From Candidatus Latescibacterota bacterium (GTDB lineage Bacteria; Latescibacterota; UBA2968; UBA8231): a DNA stretch of 64,000 nt. Within the stretch, counting starts at the first letter, position 1; each line of letters opens with the position of its first letter. The notes under the pieces were generated by a model. The model ran no database searches, was not told where the DNA came from, and worked only from the letters and a program-made list of their open reading frames with translations. Positions 47,035-55,847 of the stretch are shown here, one piece after another. The translations under genes and the position numbers were made by a program. The stretch lies in assembly GCA_964291625.2 (NCBI GenBank), contig OZ220089.1, positions 1,568,001 to 1,632,000 on the forward strand. Reading direction: 5' to 3'.

Positions 47035-48510
47035 ATGCCGGTCCTCACCGCCATCCTCCTGTGCCCCGCGGCGGCCCTCGTGCTGGTCCTGCTCGTGCCG
47101 GCCGGCGCCCGCACCGCGGTGCGCTGGATCAGCCTGCTGTCGTCGCTGGTGGCCACCGGGCTCAGCCTGCAGGTGTGGCTCGGCTACGACGCCGCCGCCG
47201 GGGACATGCAGTTCGTCGAGCGCATCCCCTGGGTGGAAGCCCTCGGCATCTCCTACCACCTCGCCGTAGACGGCTTCACCACCATCCTGGTGATGCTCAA
47301 CTCCATCGTCTACCTCACCGGCGTCCTCACCATGTGGGACCTCGAGGAGCGCGTGAAGGGGTTCTTCGCCTTCATGCTGCTGCTGGTGGTCGGCGTCTAC
47401 GGCGTCTTCCTCTCCCAGGACCTGTTCTTCCTGTTCTTCTTCTACGAGGTCGCCGTGGTGCCCATGTATCCCCTGATCCTGATCTGGGGCTCGGGCCACC
47501 GCGAGTACGCGGCGATGAAGCTGATGCTCTTCCTGCTGGCCGGCTCGGCCCTGCTCTTCCCGGCCCTGCTGTCGATCTACCACGCCTCCGGCCTCAACAC
47601 CTTCGACATGGTCGTCCTGTCGCGGCACGCCTTCGACCCGGACTTCCAGATCTTCGTCTACCCCTTCGTCTTCGTCGGCTTCGGCGTCCTCGCCGGCCTC
47701 TTCCCCTTCCACGGGTGGTCGCCCACGGGCCACGTGGCGGCGCCCTCGGCGGTGTCGATGCTGCACGCCGGGGTGCTGATGAAGCTGGGCGCCTACGGCA
47801 TCCTGGCCGCCGGCATCCGCATCCTGCCGATCGGCGCCGTGCACTGGGCGCCGGTCTTCGCGGTGCTCGCCGCCGTGGGGGTCGTGTACGGGGCCTTCGT
47901 GGCCATGCGCCAGAGCGACTTCAAGTTCGTCGTCGGCTTCTCCTCGGTCTCGCACATGGGCATCGTCATCCTCGGCCTCAACCTCGCCGTCCTCGGCAAG
48001 GCCGGGGCCGACGCCCTCAACGGCGCCGTCTTCCAGATGTTCGCCCACGGCATCATGACGGCCCTGTTCTTCTCCATCGTCGGCTTCATCTACGACCGCT
48101 CCCACTCCAAGACGATCTCCGACTTCGGGGGCCTCGGGTCGCAGATGCCGCGGGCCGTCTCGGTCTTCATCGTCGCCGGCCTGTGCGGCGCCGGCATGCC
48201 GGGGCTGGCCAGCTTCTGGGCCGAGCTGCTCGTCTTCCTGGCGGCCCTCAAGACCTACCCGGTCATGGGCGTGGCCGTCATCGCCGGCCTCGTGCTCACC
48301 GCGGTCTACGTCCTGCGCGTGTTCTCCCTCGCCTTCTTCGGCCCCGTCAACGAGCGCTGGAACGGCCTGCGCGACCTCGACCTGACGGGCGTGCACCTGG
48401 TGCCGAGGGCGATCCTGATCGCCGTGCTCCTGCTCTTCGGCTTCTATCCGCGGGCCCTGCTCGACGTGATCGACGGCACCACGGCAGCCATGATCGCCGG
48501 CTTCCGATGA
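47035..48510 (+). CDS. nuoM: Complex I subunit M
   Basis: FPFHGWSPTGHVAAP, LMKLGAYG, SSVSHMG. Confidence 0.93.
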   Translation: MPVLTAILLCPAAALVLVLLVPAGARTAVRWISLLSSLVATGLSLQVWLGYDAAAGDMQFVERIPWVEALGISYHLAVDGFTTILVMLNSIVYLTGVLTMWDLEERVKGFFAFMLLLVVGVYGVFLSQDLFFLFFFYEVAVVPMYPLILIWGSGHREYAAMKLMLFLLAGSALLFPALLSIYHASGLNTFDMVVLSRHAFDPDFQIFVYPFVFVGFGVLAGLFPFHGWSPTGHVAAPSAVSMLHAGVLMKLGAYGILAAGIRILPIGAVHWAPVFAVLAAVGVVYGAFVAMRQSDFKFVVGFSSVSHMGIVILGLNLAVLGKAGADALNGAVFQMFAHGIMTALFFSIVGFIYDRSHSKTISDFGGLGSQMPRAVSVFIVAGLCGAGMPGLASFWAELLVFLAALKTYPVMGVAVIAGLVLTAVYVLRVFSLAFFGPVNERWNGLRDLDLTGVHLVPRAILIAVLLLFGFYPRALLDVIDGTTAAMIAGFR

Positions 48511-49934
48511 CCGACTTCATCCTCTTCCTGCCCGAGACGGTCTGCCTGCTGGCGGCGCTGGCCGTGTTCGTGGCCCAGGTGGCCGGGGCCCGCTACACCG
48601 TGGCCTGGGGCCTGTCCCTGGCCGGGGGCCTGGCGGCGGTGGCCGCCTGCATCCACACCTGGCCCCTGTCGGGGGAGCCCTTCTTCCCCGGCATCTACCG
48701 CGTCGACTTCTTCTCGCAGCTGGTGAAGACCTTCCTCGCCGCCGGCTTCCTGGTGGTGGCTGCCGTGGCCCGGCAGCCGCGCACGACCCGCGAGGAGGCG
48801 TGGCCGGAGCTGCCCCTCTTCCTGCTGCTGAGCACGGTGGGGATGATGATGCTGGTGAGCGCCACCGAACTGCTCACCCTCTACATCTCCATGGAGCTGT
48901 CCGCCTACCCGCTCTACGTCGCCGTGGCCCTGCACCGCAGCCGCGCCGTGAGCGGCGAGAGCTCGACCAAGTACATGGTGCAGGGGATGGTGGCCTCGGC
49001 CGTATCGCTCTACGGGCTCAGCTTCCTCTTCGGCCTGGCGGAATCGACCTACTTCGTCGACATCGCCGACCAGCTCCCCACGCTGTCCCAACAGCCCCTG
49101 TTCTGGCTGGCCCTGCTGCTGGCCCTGGCCGGCTTCTTCTTCAAGCTCGCCGTCTTCCCCTTCCACTTCTGGGCGCCCGACACCTACCAGACGGCGTCCC
49201 ACGAGGTGGCGGCCTTCATCGCCTCGGCGTCGAAGGTGGCCGCCGTGGCCGTCCTCTGCCGCATCGTCTCCCTGACCATGCCCCAGGAGGACCCGGCCGC
49301 CGCCCGGGCGGTGCTCATGTGGATGAGCGTCCTGGCCATGACCCTGGGCAACCTGGCGGCCCTGCGGCAGGGGGACTTCAAGCGCCTCCTCGGGTACTCC
49401 GCCGTGGCCCACGGCGGCTATGCCCTGATCGGCGTGCAGACCCTGGACGGCGCGGGTCTCACCTCGGCCCTGTTCTACGGCCTCGGGTACGCCGCCGTCT
49501 CCTTCCTCTGCTTCCTGGTGGTCTGCGAGGTCGCCCGCGACCGGGACCTCGTCACCATCGACTCCCTGGCCGGGCTCCACCGGCGCTCGCCGGTGCTGGC
49601 GGCGCTGCTGCTCGTGGGCCTGCTCGGCCTGATCGGACTGCCGCCGACGGTCGGCTTCACCGGCAAGTGGTTCCTGTTCTCGGCGGCGATCGCCCAGGGC
49701 CAGTTCGCCCTCGTCCTGGTGGCCGCCGTCAACTCGGCGGTGGCCCTCTACTACTACCTGCTGGTGATGCGCCAGGCCTACTTCGCCCCGGCCGAGGACG
49801 AGGCGCCCCTGCGCGCCGGCGGCGCCTCGCTGGCGGCGGCGGCGGCGGCCACGTTGGTGGTGCTGGCCATGGGGGCGGCGCCCGGGTGGTTCTGGGACCG
49901 GTCGGCGGAGGCGGTGGCGGCGCTGTTGGGGTGA
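48507..49934 (+). CDS. nuoN: Complex I subunit N
   Basis: FKLAVFPFHFWAPDTYQ, KRLLGYS, GLPPTVGFTGK. Confidence 0.93.
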   Translation: MTDFILFLPETVCLLAALAVFVAQVAGARYTVAWGLSLAGGLAAVAACIHTWPLSGEPFFPGIYRVDFFSQLVKTFLAAGFLVVAAVARQPRTTREEAWPELPLFLLLSTVGMMMLVSATELLTLYISMELSAYPLYVAVALHRSRAVSGESSTKYMVQGMVASAVSLYGLSFLFGLAESTYFVDIADQLPTLSQQPLFWLALLLALAGFFFKLAVFPFHFWAPDTYQTASHEVAAFIASASKVAAVAVLCRIVSLTMPQEDPAAARAVLMWMSVLAMTLGNLAALRQGDFKRLLGYSAVAHGGYALIGVQTLDGAGLTSALFYGLGYAAVSFLCFLVVCEVARDRDLVTIDSLAGLHRRSPVLAALLLVGLLGLIGLPPTVGFTGKWFLFSAAIAQGQFALVLVAAVNSAVALYYYLLVMRQAYFAPAEDEAPLRAGGASLAAAAAATLVVLAMGAAPGWFWDRSAEAVAALLG

Positions 49935-50794
49935 ACCCCGTCGCGATTCCCGAACGGCTCGAGACCGGTTTCCGCGGGCGGACCGATGGCGCCGCGTGGC
50001 TGGATCGGTTGCCCGGAGCCATCCGCGCTCTCGCACAGCGCTGGTCCCTGACCCTTGGCGCACCCTATGAGGGAGCGAGCTGTTCCTGGGTGGCACCCTG
50101 TACCCGGGGAGATGGCTCACCGGCGGTGCTGAAGGTCGGTTGGCCGCACATGGAGGCCCGGGACGAGATCGACGGCCTGCTGCTCTGGGACGGCGATCCG
50201 ACCGTAAGGGTCCTGGAGGCCGACCGCGAGCTGAACGCCATGCTCCTCGAACGCTGCGAGCCGGGGGCAGCCCTGCGAGAGCGGCCGGAGGAGGAGCAGG
50301 ATCGGGTCGTGGCAGGACTGCTGAAGAGACTGTGGCGCGCGGCCCCTGACTCGGGCGTTTTCCGGCCGCTGTCGGAGATGATCGCCGAGTGGACCCGGGA
50401 GTCCGAGGAGAGAGCAGACCTCTTGCCCGACGCGGGACTCGCCAGGGAGGGGTTGCGCATCTACCGGGCGCTGCTGGCCGATGCGCCTGGGGATGTCCTG
50501 CTGGCGACCGATCTGCACGCGGGCAACGTCCTTCGGGCGCAACGCGAGCCGTGGCTCGTCATCGATCCCAAGCCGTTCGTCGGAGATCCCGCCTACGACG
50601 CGACCCAGCATCTGCTGAACTGTCCCGGCCGGTTGCGCGCGAGACCGGGCCCCACCATCGGCCGGTTCTCCGACCTGCTCGGCGTCGACCGCGAGCGCGT
50701 CCGGCTCTGGACCCTCGCCCGGCTTGCGTCCGATCCGTGGGAGCCCCGGAATGAATCGCAGGCCCTGGCGCGGAGGGTGTTGTCGGCCTGGTGA
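49931..50794 (+). CDS. Aminoglycoside/hydroxyurea resistance kinase (APH(6)-like)
   Basis: AVLKV, MLLERC, DLHAGNVL, IDPKPFVGDPAYD. Confidence 0.85.
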   Translation: MNPVAIPERLETGFRGRTDGAAWLDRLPGAIRALAQRWSLTLGAPYEGASCSWVAPCTRGDGSPAVLKVGWPHMEARDEIDGLLLWDGDPTVRVLEADRELNAMLLERCEPGAALRERPEEEQDRVVAGLLKRLWRAAPDSGVFRPLSEMIAEWTRESEERADLLPDAGLAREGLRIYRALLADAPGDVLLATDLHAGNVLRAQREPWLVIDPKPFVGDPAYDATQHLLNCPGRLRARPGPTIGRFSDLLGVDRERVRLWTLARLASDPWEPRNESQALARRVLSAW

Positions 50795-50934
50795 AAGGCC
50801 AGCCCAACGGCCCGACGGAGGCTCACGGCGAGCCGGGCTCTGCAGGTCCGCCGACAGCATGGCCGGCCGGCGGATCATGCGGACCGAGGGCGGGCTCCTT
50901 CCCACTGTTCACGGCGATCGAGTAGATTCGTGGC

Positions 50935-51735
50935 ATGGACCGCGAGACTCTGCTGAACCACATCCGGGCGACCCACTTCGAGTCGGGCGACCGCGAGCTG
51001 GCGTTGTCCGATGCGCGGCGCATCGCGGCCTACCTGGTTGAACAGGGGGCGAGCCGGGTCGTCGGCATCGGATCCGCCTTCGAGCCGTCCCGGCCGTTCA
51101 CGGACCGCTCGGACATCGACCTCGTCGTCGAGGGCATCGAGCCGGCCCGTTTCTTCTCGGTCTCCGCCGGCGCCGCCGCCATGACCGATTTCAGGCTGGA
51201 CCTGACCCCCCTGGAGGTGGCCACGGAGGCCTTGCGCCGCGTCGTCAGGGAGAGCGGACGTCGAGACGTTGGGCGTGAAGACGTGGCTCGCAGGCTTGCC
51301 ACGGTAATCGAATCCGAGTTGGCCGGCCTGACGGCCCTGGACGAGGAGCTCGCCAGGACCCCACGGCGGGACGACACCTATTTCCTGAGGGCCCGCGGCT
51401 CGATTCTCCACGACTTCTACAACGGCGTCGAACGCGTCTTCCTTCGCATCGCGCGGGAACTCAATGGAGGGGTGCCGCGGGGGGACCAGTGGCATCGGGA
51501 CCTCCTCGACGACATGACCCTCGAAATCCCCGAGGTCCGCCCGGCTGTCATCGATCAGGATCTTGCCAGGGCTCTCGGGGACTTCCTCCGATTCCGGCAT
51601 CTCTTCCGGAACGTCTACGGCGGCGTCCTGGATGCGGAGCGGATGGCGTCCCTGGAAGAGCGGCTGCCGGAGACTCTCGCTGCCTTTCGGAAGCGGGTCC
51701 AGGCGTTCGTCGCGTGGATGCTGGACCCGGGTTGA
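50935..51735 (+). CDS. Fused minimal nucleotidyltransferase (MNT) and HEPN/HepT-like RNase domain protein
   Basis: N-terminal GIGS..SDIDLVVEG; C-terminal LHDFYNGVE..WHRDLL..RFRHLFRNVYG; single open frame. Confidence 0.8.
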   Translation: MDRETLLNHIRATHFESGDRELALSDARRIAAYLVEQGASRVVGIGSAFEPSRPFTDRSDIDLVVEGIEPARFFSVSAGAAAMTDFRLDLTPLEVATEALRRVVRESGRRDVGREDVARRLATVIESELAGLTALDEELARTPRRDDTYFLRARGSILHDFYNGVERVFLRIARELNGGVPRGDQWHRDLLDDMTLEIPEVRPAVIDQDLARALGDFLRFRHLFRNVYGGVLDAERMASLEERLPETLAAFRKRVQAFVAWMLDPG

Positions 51736-51755
51736 ACAGGCCCCTTGCCTGACCG

Positions 51756-53156
51756 ATGCTGCTGACGATCGCCACCACCTTGCGGCCGGCGACGGATCTC
51801 GGGTTCCTGCTGGTGAAGAACCCGGCCCGCTGCCAGTCCTTCCCCCTGCCCTTCGGACAGGCCCACGTCTTCTACCCGGTGGCCCGCGAGGACCGCTGCG
51901 AGGCGGCGCTGATGCTCGACCTCGATCCGGTCGGCCTCGTGCGCGGCCCCCGGGGGGCCAACCCCGGCGACGGCGGAGCCTTGAGGCAGTACGTGAACGA
52001 CCGCCCCTACGTGGCCTCGTCCTTCCTCAGCGTCGCCCTGGCCCGCGTCTTGGGATCCGCCCTCAAGGGCAGCAGCCGGGACCGGCCCGAGCTCGCGGAC
52101 ACCCCGATCCCCCTCGAGGCGGAGGTCGCCGTGCTCCCCTGCCGCGGCGGCGAGCCTTTCCTGCGGCGCCTCTTCGAGCCGCTGGGGTACTCGGTCGAGG
52201 CCGGGCGCCTCCCCCTCGACGAGCGGTTCCCCGAGTGGGGGGAGAGCCCCTACTACCATGTCCGGCTGGCCGGGACCTGCCGGCTCCGCGACCTGCTCTC
52301 GCACCTGTACGTCCTGCTGCCGGTGCTCGACGACGACAAGCACTACTGGGTCGGACAGGAGGAGCTGGACAAGCTGCTGGCCCGCGGGGAAGGCTGGCTG
52401 TCCTCCCACCCGGAGCGGGAGCAGATCGCCCGCCGCTACCTCAAGCATCAGCGCTACCTGGCGCGGGAGGCGCTGGACCGGCTCATCGTGGAGGAAGACC
52501 CCAACGCCGGCGCCGAACCGGACCATGGGGAGGGGGAGGAGAGTCTCGAGCGCCCCCTGAGCCTCAACGACCAGCGCCTCGCCGCGGTGAGGGAGGTGAT
52601 CCGCGAGGCGGGGGCCCGCAGCGTCATCGATCTCGGCTGCGGCGAGGGCAAGCTCCTCAAGGCCCTGCTCGACGACGGTGACTGCGACCGCATCGCCGGC
52701 ATGGACGTCTCCCACCGCGCCCTCGAGATCGCCGGGGAGCGCCTCGGCCTCGAGCGCCTTCCGGCGGGGCAGCGGCAGCGCCTGAAGCTGTTCCAGGGCT
52801 CCCTCACCTACCGCGACGAGCGCCTCTCCGGGTACGACGCCGCCTGCGCCGTGGAGGTGGTCGAGCACATCGACCCGCCGCGGCTGCCGGCCTTCGAGCG
52901 CGTCCTCTTCGAGTTCGCGCGGCCGGCCACGGCTGTCGTGACCACACCGAACGCCGAGTACAACAGCCGCTTCGAGTTCCTCCCCGCGGGCCAGTTCCGC
53001 CACCGCGACCACCGCTTCGAGTGGACGCGGCCGCAGTTCCGCGACTGGGCGGAGGCCGCCGCCGGGCGCTTCGGGTACACGGTCCGCTTCCTGCCGGTGG
53101 GCGAAGAGGACGCCGAGCTCGGCTCCCCGACGCAGATGGCCGTGTTCTCGCGGTGA
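51756..53156 (+). CDS. hen1: 3' terminal RNA ribose 2'-O-methyltransferase Hen1
   Basis: PATDLGFLL.KNP, YVNDRPYVASS, KHYWVG, DLGCGEG, EVVEH, RHRDHRFEW. Confidence 0.95.
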   Translation: MLLTIATTLRPATDLGFLLVKNPARCQSFPLPFGQAHVFYPVAREDRCEAALMLDLDPVGLVRGPRGANPGDGGALRQYVNDRPYVASSFLSVALARVLGSALKGSSRDRPELADTPIPLEAEVAVLPCRGGEPFLRRLFEPLGYSVEAGRLPLDERFPEWGESPYYHVRLAGTCRLRDLLSHLYVLLPVLDDDKHYWVGQEELDKLLARGEGWLSSHPEREQIARRYLKHQRYLAREALDRLIVEEDPNAGAEPDHGEGEESLERPLSLNDQRLAAVREVIREAGARSVIDLGCGEGKLLKALLDDGDCDRIAGMDVSHRALEIAGERLGLERLPAGQRQRLKLFQGSLTYRDERLSGYDAACAVEVVEHIDPPRLPAFERVLFEFARPATAVVTTPNAEYNSRFEFLPAGQFRHRDHRFEWTRPQFRDWAEAAAGRFGYTVRFLPVGEEDAELGSPTQMAVFSR

Positions 53157-55690
53157 AGATCACCGTTCCCGAGCCTTCCCTCGTCGTCCTCGCCGGTCCC
53201 TCGGGGAGCGGCAAGTCGACCTTCGCGCGCCGCCACTTCCGGCCGACCGAGGTGATCTCCTCCGACCGCTGCCGGGGCCTGGTCTCCGACGACGAGAACG
53301 ACCTGTCCGCCACCGGCGACGCCTTCGACCTCCTCCATTACATCGCCTCCAAGCGGCTGGCCGGCCGCCGGCTCACCGTGATCGACGCCACCAGCGTCAA
53401 GGCGGAGGACCGCGCCGGCCTGGTCGCCCTGGCCCGCGAGCACCACCTCCTCGCCGCGGCGATCGTCCTCGACCTGCCGGCGCGGCTCTGCCAGGATCGC
53501 AACGAGGAACGCGCCGACCGCGACATCCCTCCCCAGGTGGTGCGGCGCCAGAGTCAGGCCCTGCGCCGCTCCCTGCGCGGCATGAGGCGGGAGGGCTTCC
53601 ACTCGGTCACCGTCCTCGGCAGCCCGGAAGAAGCGGACGCCGCCGTCATCGAGCGCCAGCCCCTGTGGCCGGACCGGCGCGGCGAGAGCGGACCTTTCGA
53701 CATCATCGGCGACGTCCACGGCTGTCATGACGAGCTGGTCGAGCTGCTCGGCGCCCTCGGCTGGGAGATCGGCCCCGGACCCTCGGGGCCGGAACCGCGC
53801 CATCCCGAGGGACGGAAGGCGGTCTTCCTGGGGGACCTCGTCGACCGCGGCCCCCGCTCCCCGGAGGTGCTGCGCCTGGTCATGGGGATGGTGGAAGCGG
53901 GGACGGCCCTGTGCGTGCCCGGGAACCACGACGTCAAGCTGCTGCGCAAGCTGCAGGGACGGGACGTGCAGGTCACCCACGGACTCGCCGAGACCCTGGA
54001 GCAGCTCGAGGGCGAGCCGGGGGAGTTCGCCGACGAGGCCGCGGCCTTCATCGGCGGACTGGTCAGCCACTACGTGCTCGACGGCGGGAACCTCGTCGTC
54101 GCCCACGCCGGACTCGAGGAGGCCTTGCAGGGGCGGGCCTCGGGCCGGGTCCGCGAGTTCGCCCTCTACGGCGAGACCACCGGCGAGACCGACGAGTTCG
54201 GGCTGCCGGTGCGCAGCGACTGGGCGGCCGCCTACCGCGGCCGGGCGGCGGTCGTCTACGGCCACACGCCGGTGCCGGAGCCGGAATGGGTGAACGGCAC
54301 GATCAACATCGACACCGGGTGCGTCTTCGGCGGCCGGCTGACGGCGTTGCGCTACCCGGAGAGGGAGATCGTCCAGGTCCCCGCGGGGCGTGTGTACTGC
54401 GAGCCGGTGCGGCCCCTGCCCGCTTCGGAGGAGACACGCCCGTACGGCGACCTCCTCGACATCGGCGACGTCCTCGGCCGGCGGGTCGTGGCCACCCGCG
54501 TCCACCGCGCCGTCGCCATCCGCCAGGAGAACGCCGCCGCCGCTCTCGAGGTGATGAGCCGCTTCGCCCTCGACCCGCGCTGGCTCGTCTACCTGCCGCC
54601 GACCATGGCCCCCTCCGACACCGCTCCGGAAGGAGAGGACCTCGAGCACCCCCGCGAGAGCTTCGCCTACTACCGCACCCAGGGGGTCTCCAAGGTGATC
54701 TGCCAGGAGAAGCACATGGGATCGCGGGCGGTGATCCTGGTCTGCCGGGACGAGGCCGCGGCGCGGCGCAGGTTCGGTGCCGGCGGCGGCGAGGCCGGCG
54801 TGATCTACACCCGCACCGGCCGCCCCTTCTTCAGCGACCCGGAGCGCGGCATGGCGGTGGTCGAGCGACTGCGCGCCGCCGTCGAAGGCGCGGGGTTCTG
54901 GGAGCGCTTCGACAGCGACTGGATCTGCCTCGACGCCGAGATCATGCCCTGGTCGGAGAAGGCCCAGGAGCTGTTGCGCACCCAGTACGCCCCGGCGGGA
55001 GCGGCGGCCTCGGCTGGTCTGGAGGCTGCCCTCGCCGCCCTGGCACAGGCCGGCGAGAGGGACGGCGGCAGCGAGGCGCTCACGGACCACCTTCGGCAGC
55101 GGCAGGGCTGCATCTCCCGCTATGTCGACGCCTACCGGCGCTACTGCTGGCCCGTCGACGACCTCTCGGACCTGCGCATCGCCCCCTTCCACCTGCTGGC
55201 CACCGAGGGCCGCGTCCACACCGATCAGGACCACCTCTGGCACATGGAGACCCTGGCGGAACTGTGCCGGGCGGACGACGAGCTGCTGCTCGCGACGCGG
55301 CACCTCCTCGTCGACACCTCAGACGGCGACAGCGAGGCGCGGGGCACCCGCTGGTGGCGGGAGCTCACCGGGAGCGGCGGCGAGGGCATGGTGGTCAAGC
55401 CCCTGGACTGGCTCGCCCGCGGCCGGAAGGGGCCGGCCCAGCCGGCCCTCAAGTGCCGGGGGCGGGAGTACCTGCGCATCATCTACGGACCCGAGTACAC
55501 CCTTCCCGGACAGATCGAGCGCCTGCGGCAGCGGCGCCTGTCGACCAAGCGCTCCCTGGCCCTGCGCGAGTTCGCCCTCGGCCTGGAGGCCCTGCACCGC
55601 TTCGTCGAGGGGGAACCCCTCTACCGCGTGCACGAGTGCGTCTTCGGGGTCCTGGCCCTGGAGAGCGAGCCGGTGGATCCGAGGCTGTGA
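53153..55690 (+). CDS. pnkp: Polynucleotide kinase-phosphatase-ligase Pnkp
   Basis: Kinase GPSGSGKST; phosphoesterase GDVHG/GDLVDRG/GNHD; ligase QEKHMGSR, EGMVVKP, KCRG; ends ESEPVDPRL. Confidence 0.95.
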   Translation: MKITVPEPSLVVLAGPSGSGKSTFARRHFRPTEVISSDRCRGLVSDDENDLSATGDAFDLLHYIASKRLAGRRLTVIDATSVKAEDRAGLVALAREHHLLAAAIVLDLPARLCQDRNEERADRDIPPQVVRRQSQALRRSLRGMRREGFHSVTVLGSPEEADAAVIERQPLWPDRRGESGPFDIIGDVHGCHDELVELLGALGWEIGPGPSGPEPRHPEGRKAVFLGDLVDRGPRSPEVLRLVMGMVEAGTALCVPGNHDVKLLRKLQGRDVQVTHGLAETLEQLEGEPGEFADEAAAFIGGLVSHYVLDGGNLVVAHAGLEEALQGRASGRVREFALYGETTGETDEFGLPVRSDWAAAYRGRAAVVYGHTPVPEPEWVNGTINIDTGCVFGGRLTALRYPEREIVQVPAGRVYCEPVRPLPASEETRPYGDLLDIGDVLGRRVVATRVHRAVAIRQENAAAALEVMSRFALDPRWLVYLPPTMAPSDTAPEGEDLEHPRESFAYYRTQGVSKVICQEKHMGSRAVILVCRDEAAARRRFGAGGGEAGVIYTRTGRPFFSDPERGMAVVERLRAAVEGAGFWERFDSDWICLDAEIMPWSEKAQELLRTQYAPAGAAASAGLEAALAALAQAGERDGGSEALTDHLRQRQGCISRYVDAYRRYCWPVDDLSDLRIAPFHLLATEGRVHTDQDHLWHMETLAELCRADDELLLATRHLLVDTSDGDSEARGTRWWRELTGSGGEGMVVKPLDWLARGRKGPAQPALKCRGREYLRIIYGPEYTLPGQIERLRQRRLSTKRSLALREFALGLEALHRFVEGEPLYRVHECVFGVLALESEPVDPRL

Positions 55691-55694
55691 GGAA

Positions 55695-55809
55695 TCCGCC
55701 GAATCACCCGCTGAGTGTCCGCCGAATCACCCTCTAAGTATCCGCCGAATCACCCGTTGTATTTACGCCGAATCACCCGCTGAAATTCCGCCGAATCACC
55801 CGCTGGAGC
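55695..55809 (+). repeat. Five tandem 23-bp direct repeats, invariant core CGCCGAATCACCC
   Basis: Units at 55695 TCCGCCGAATCACCCGCTGAGTG, 55718 TCCGCCGAATCACCCTCTAAGTA, 55741 TCCGCCGAATCACCCGTTGTATT, 55764 TACGCCGAATCACCCGCTGAAAT, 55787 TCCGCCGAATCACCCGCTGGAGC. Confidence 0.95.
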
Positions 55810-55838
55810 TTGCCGTGCCCGGCGGTCGGGCGTACTCT
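55810..55838 (+). promoter_or_regulatory. Putative sigma70 promoter of the AAA/DUF4143 gene
   Basis: TTGCCG-17bp-TACTCT; ATG 9 nt after the -10 with no SD, implying a near-leaderless mRNA. Confidence 0.55.
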
Positions 55839-55847
55839 ACCCACCCC

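Noticed and set aside
22700-50120. Many long antisense or alternate-frame ORFs (e.g. 22700-24748, 31301-33853, 36564-39209, 41351-44008)
   Set aside because: Shadow ORFs expected at high GC; Arg/Pro/Gly-rich and overlapping well-supported genes.
55695-55809. CRISPR array
   Set aside because: The period is only 23 bp, the variable parts are about 8 nt and similar to each other, there are no unique spacers, and no cas genes are present.
55122-55847. N-terminal extension of the 658-aa ORF through the repeats
   Set aside because: It overlaps pnkp in another frame, and a 23-bp period is not codon-phased; family-like sequence starts at ATG 55848.
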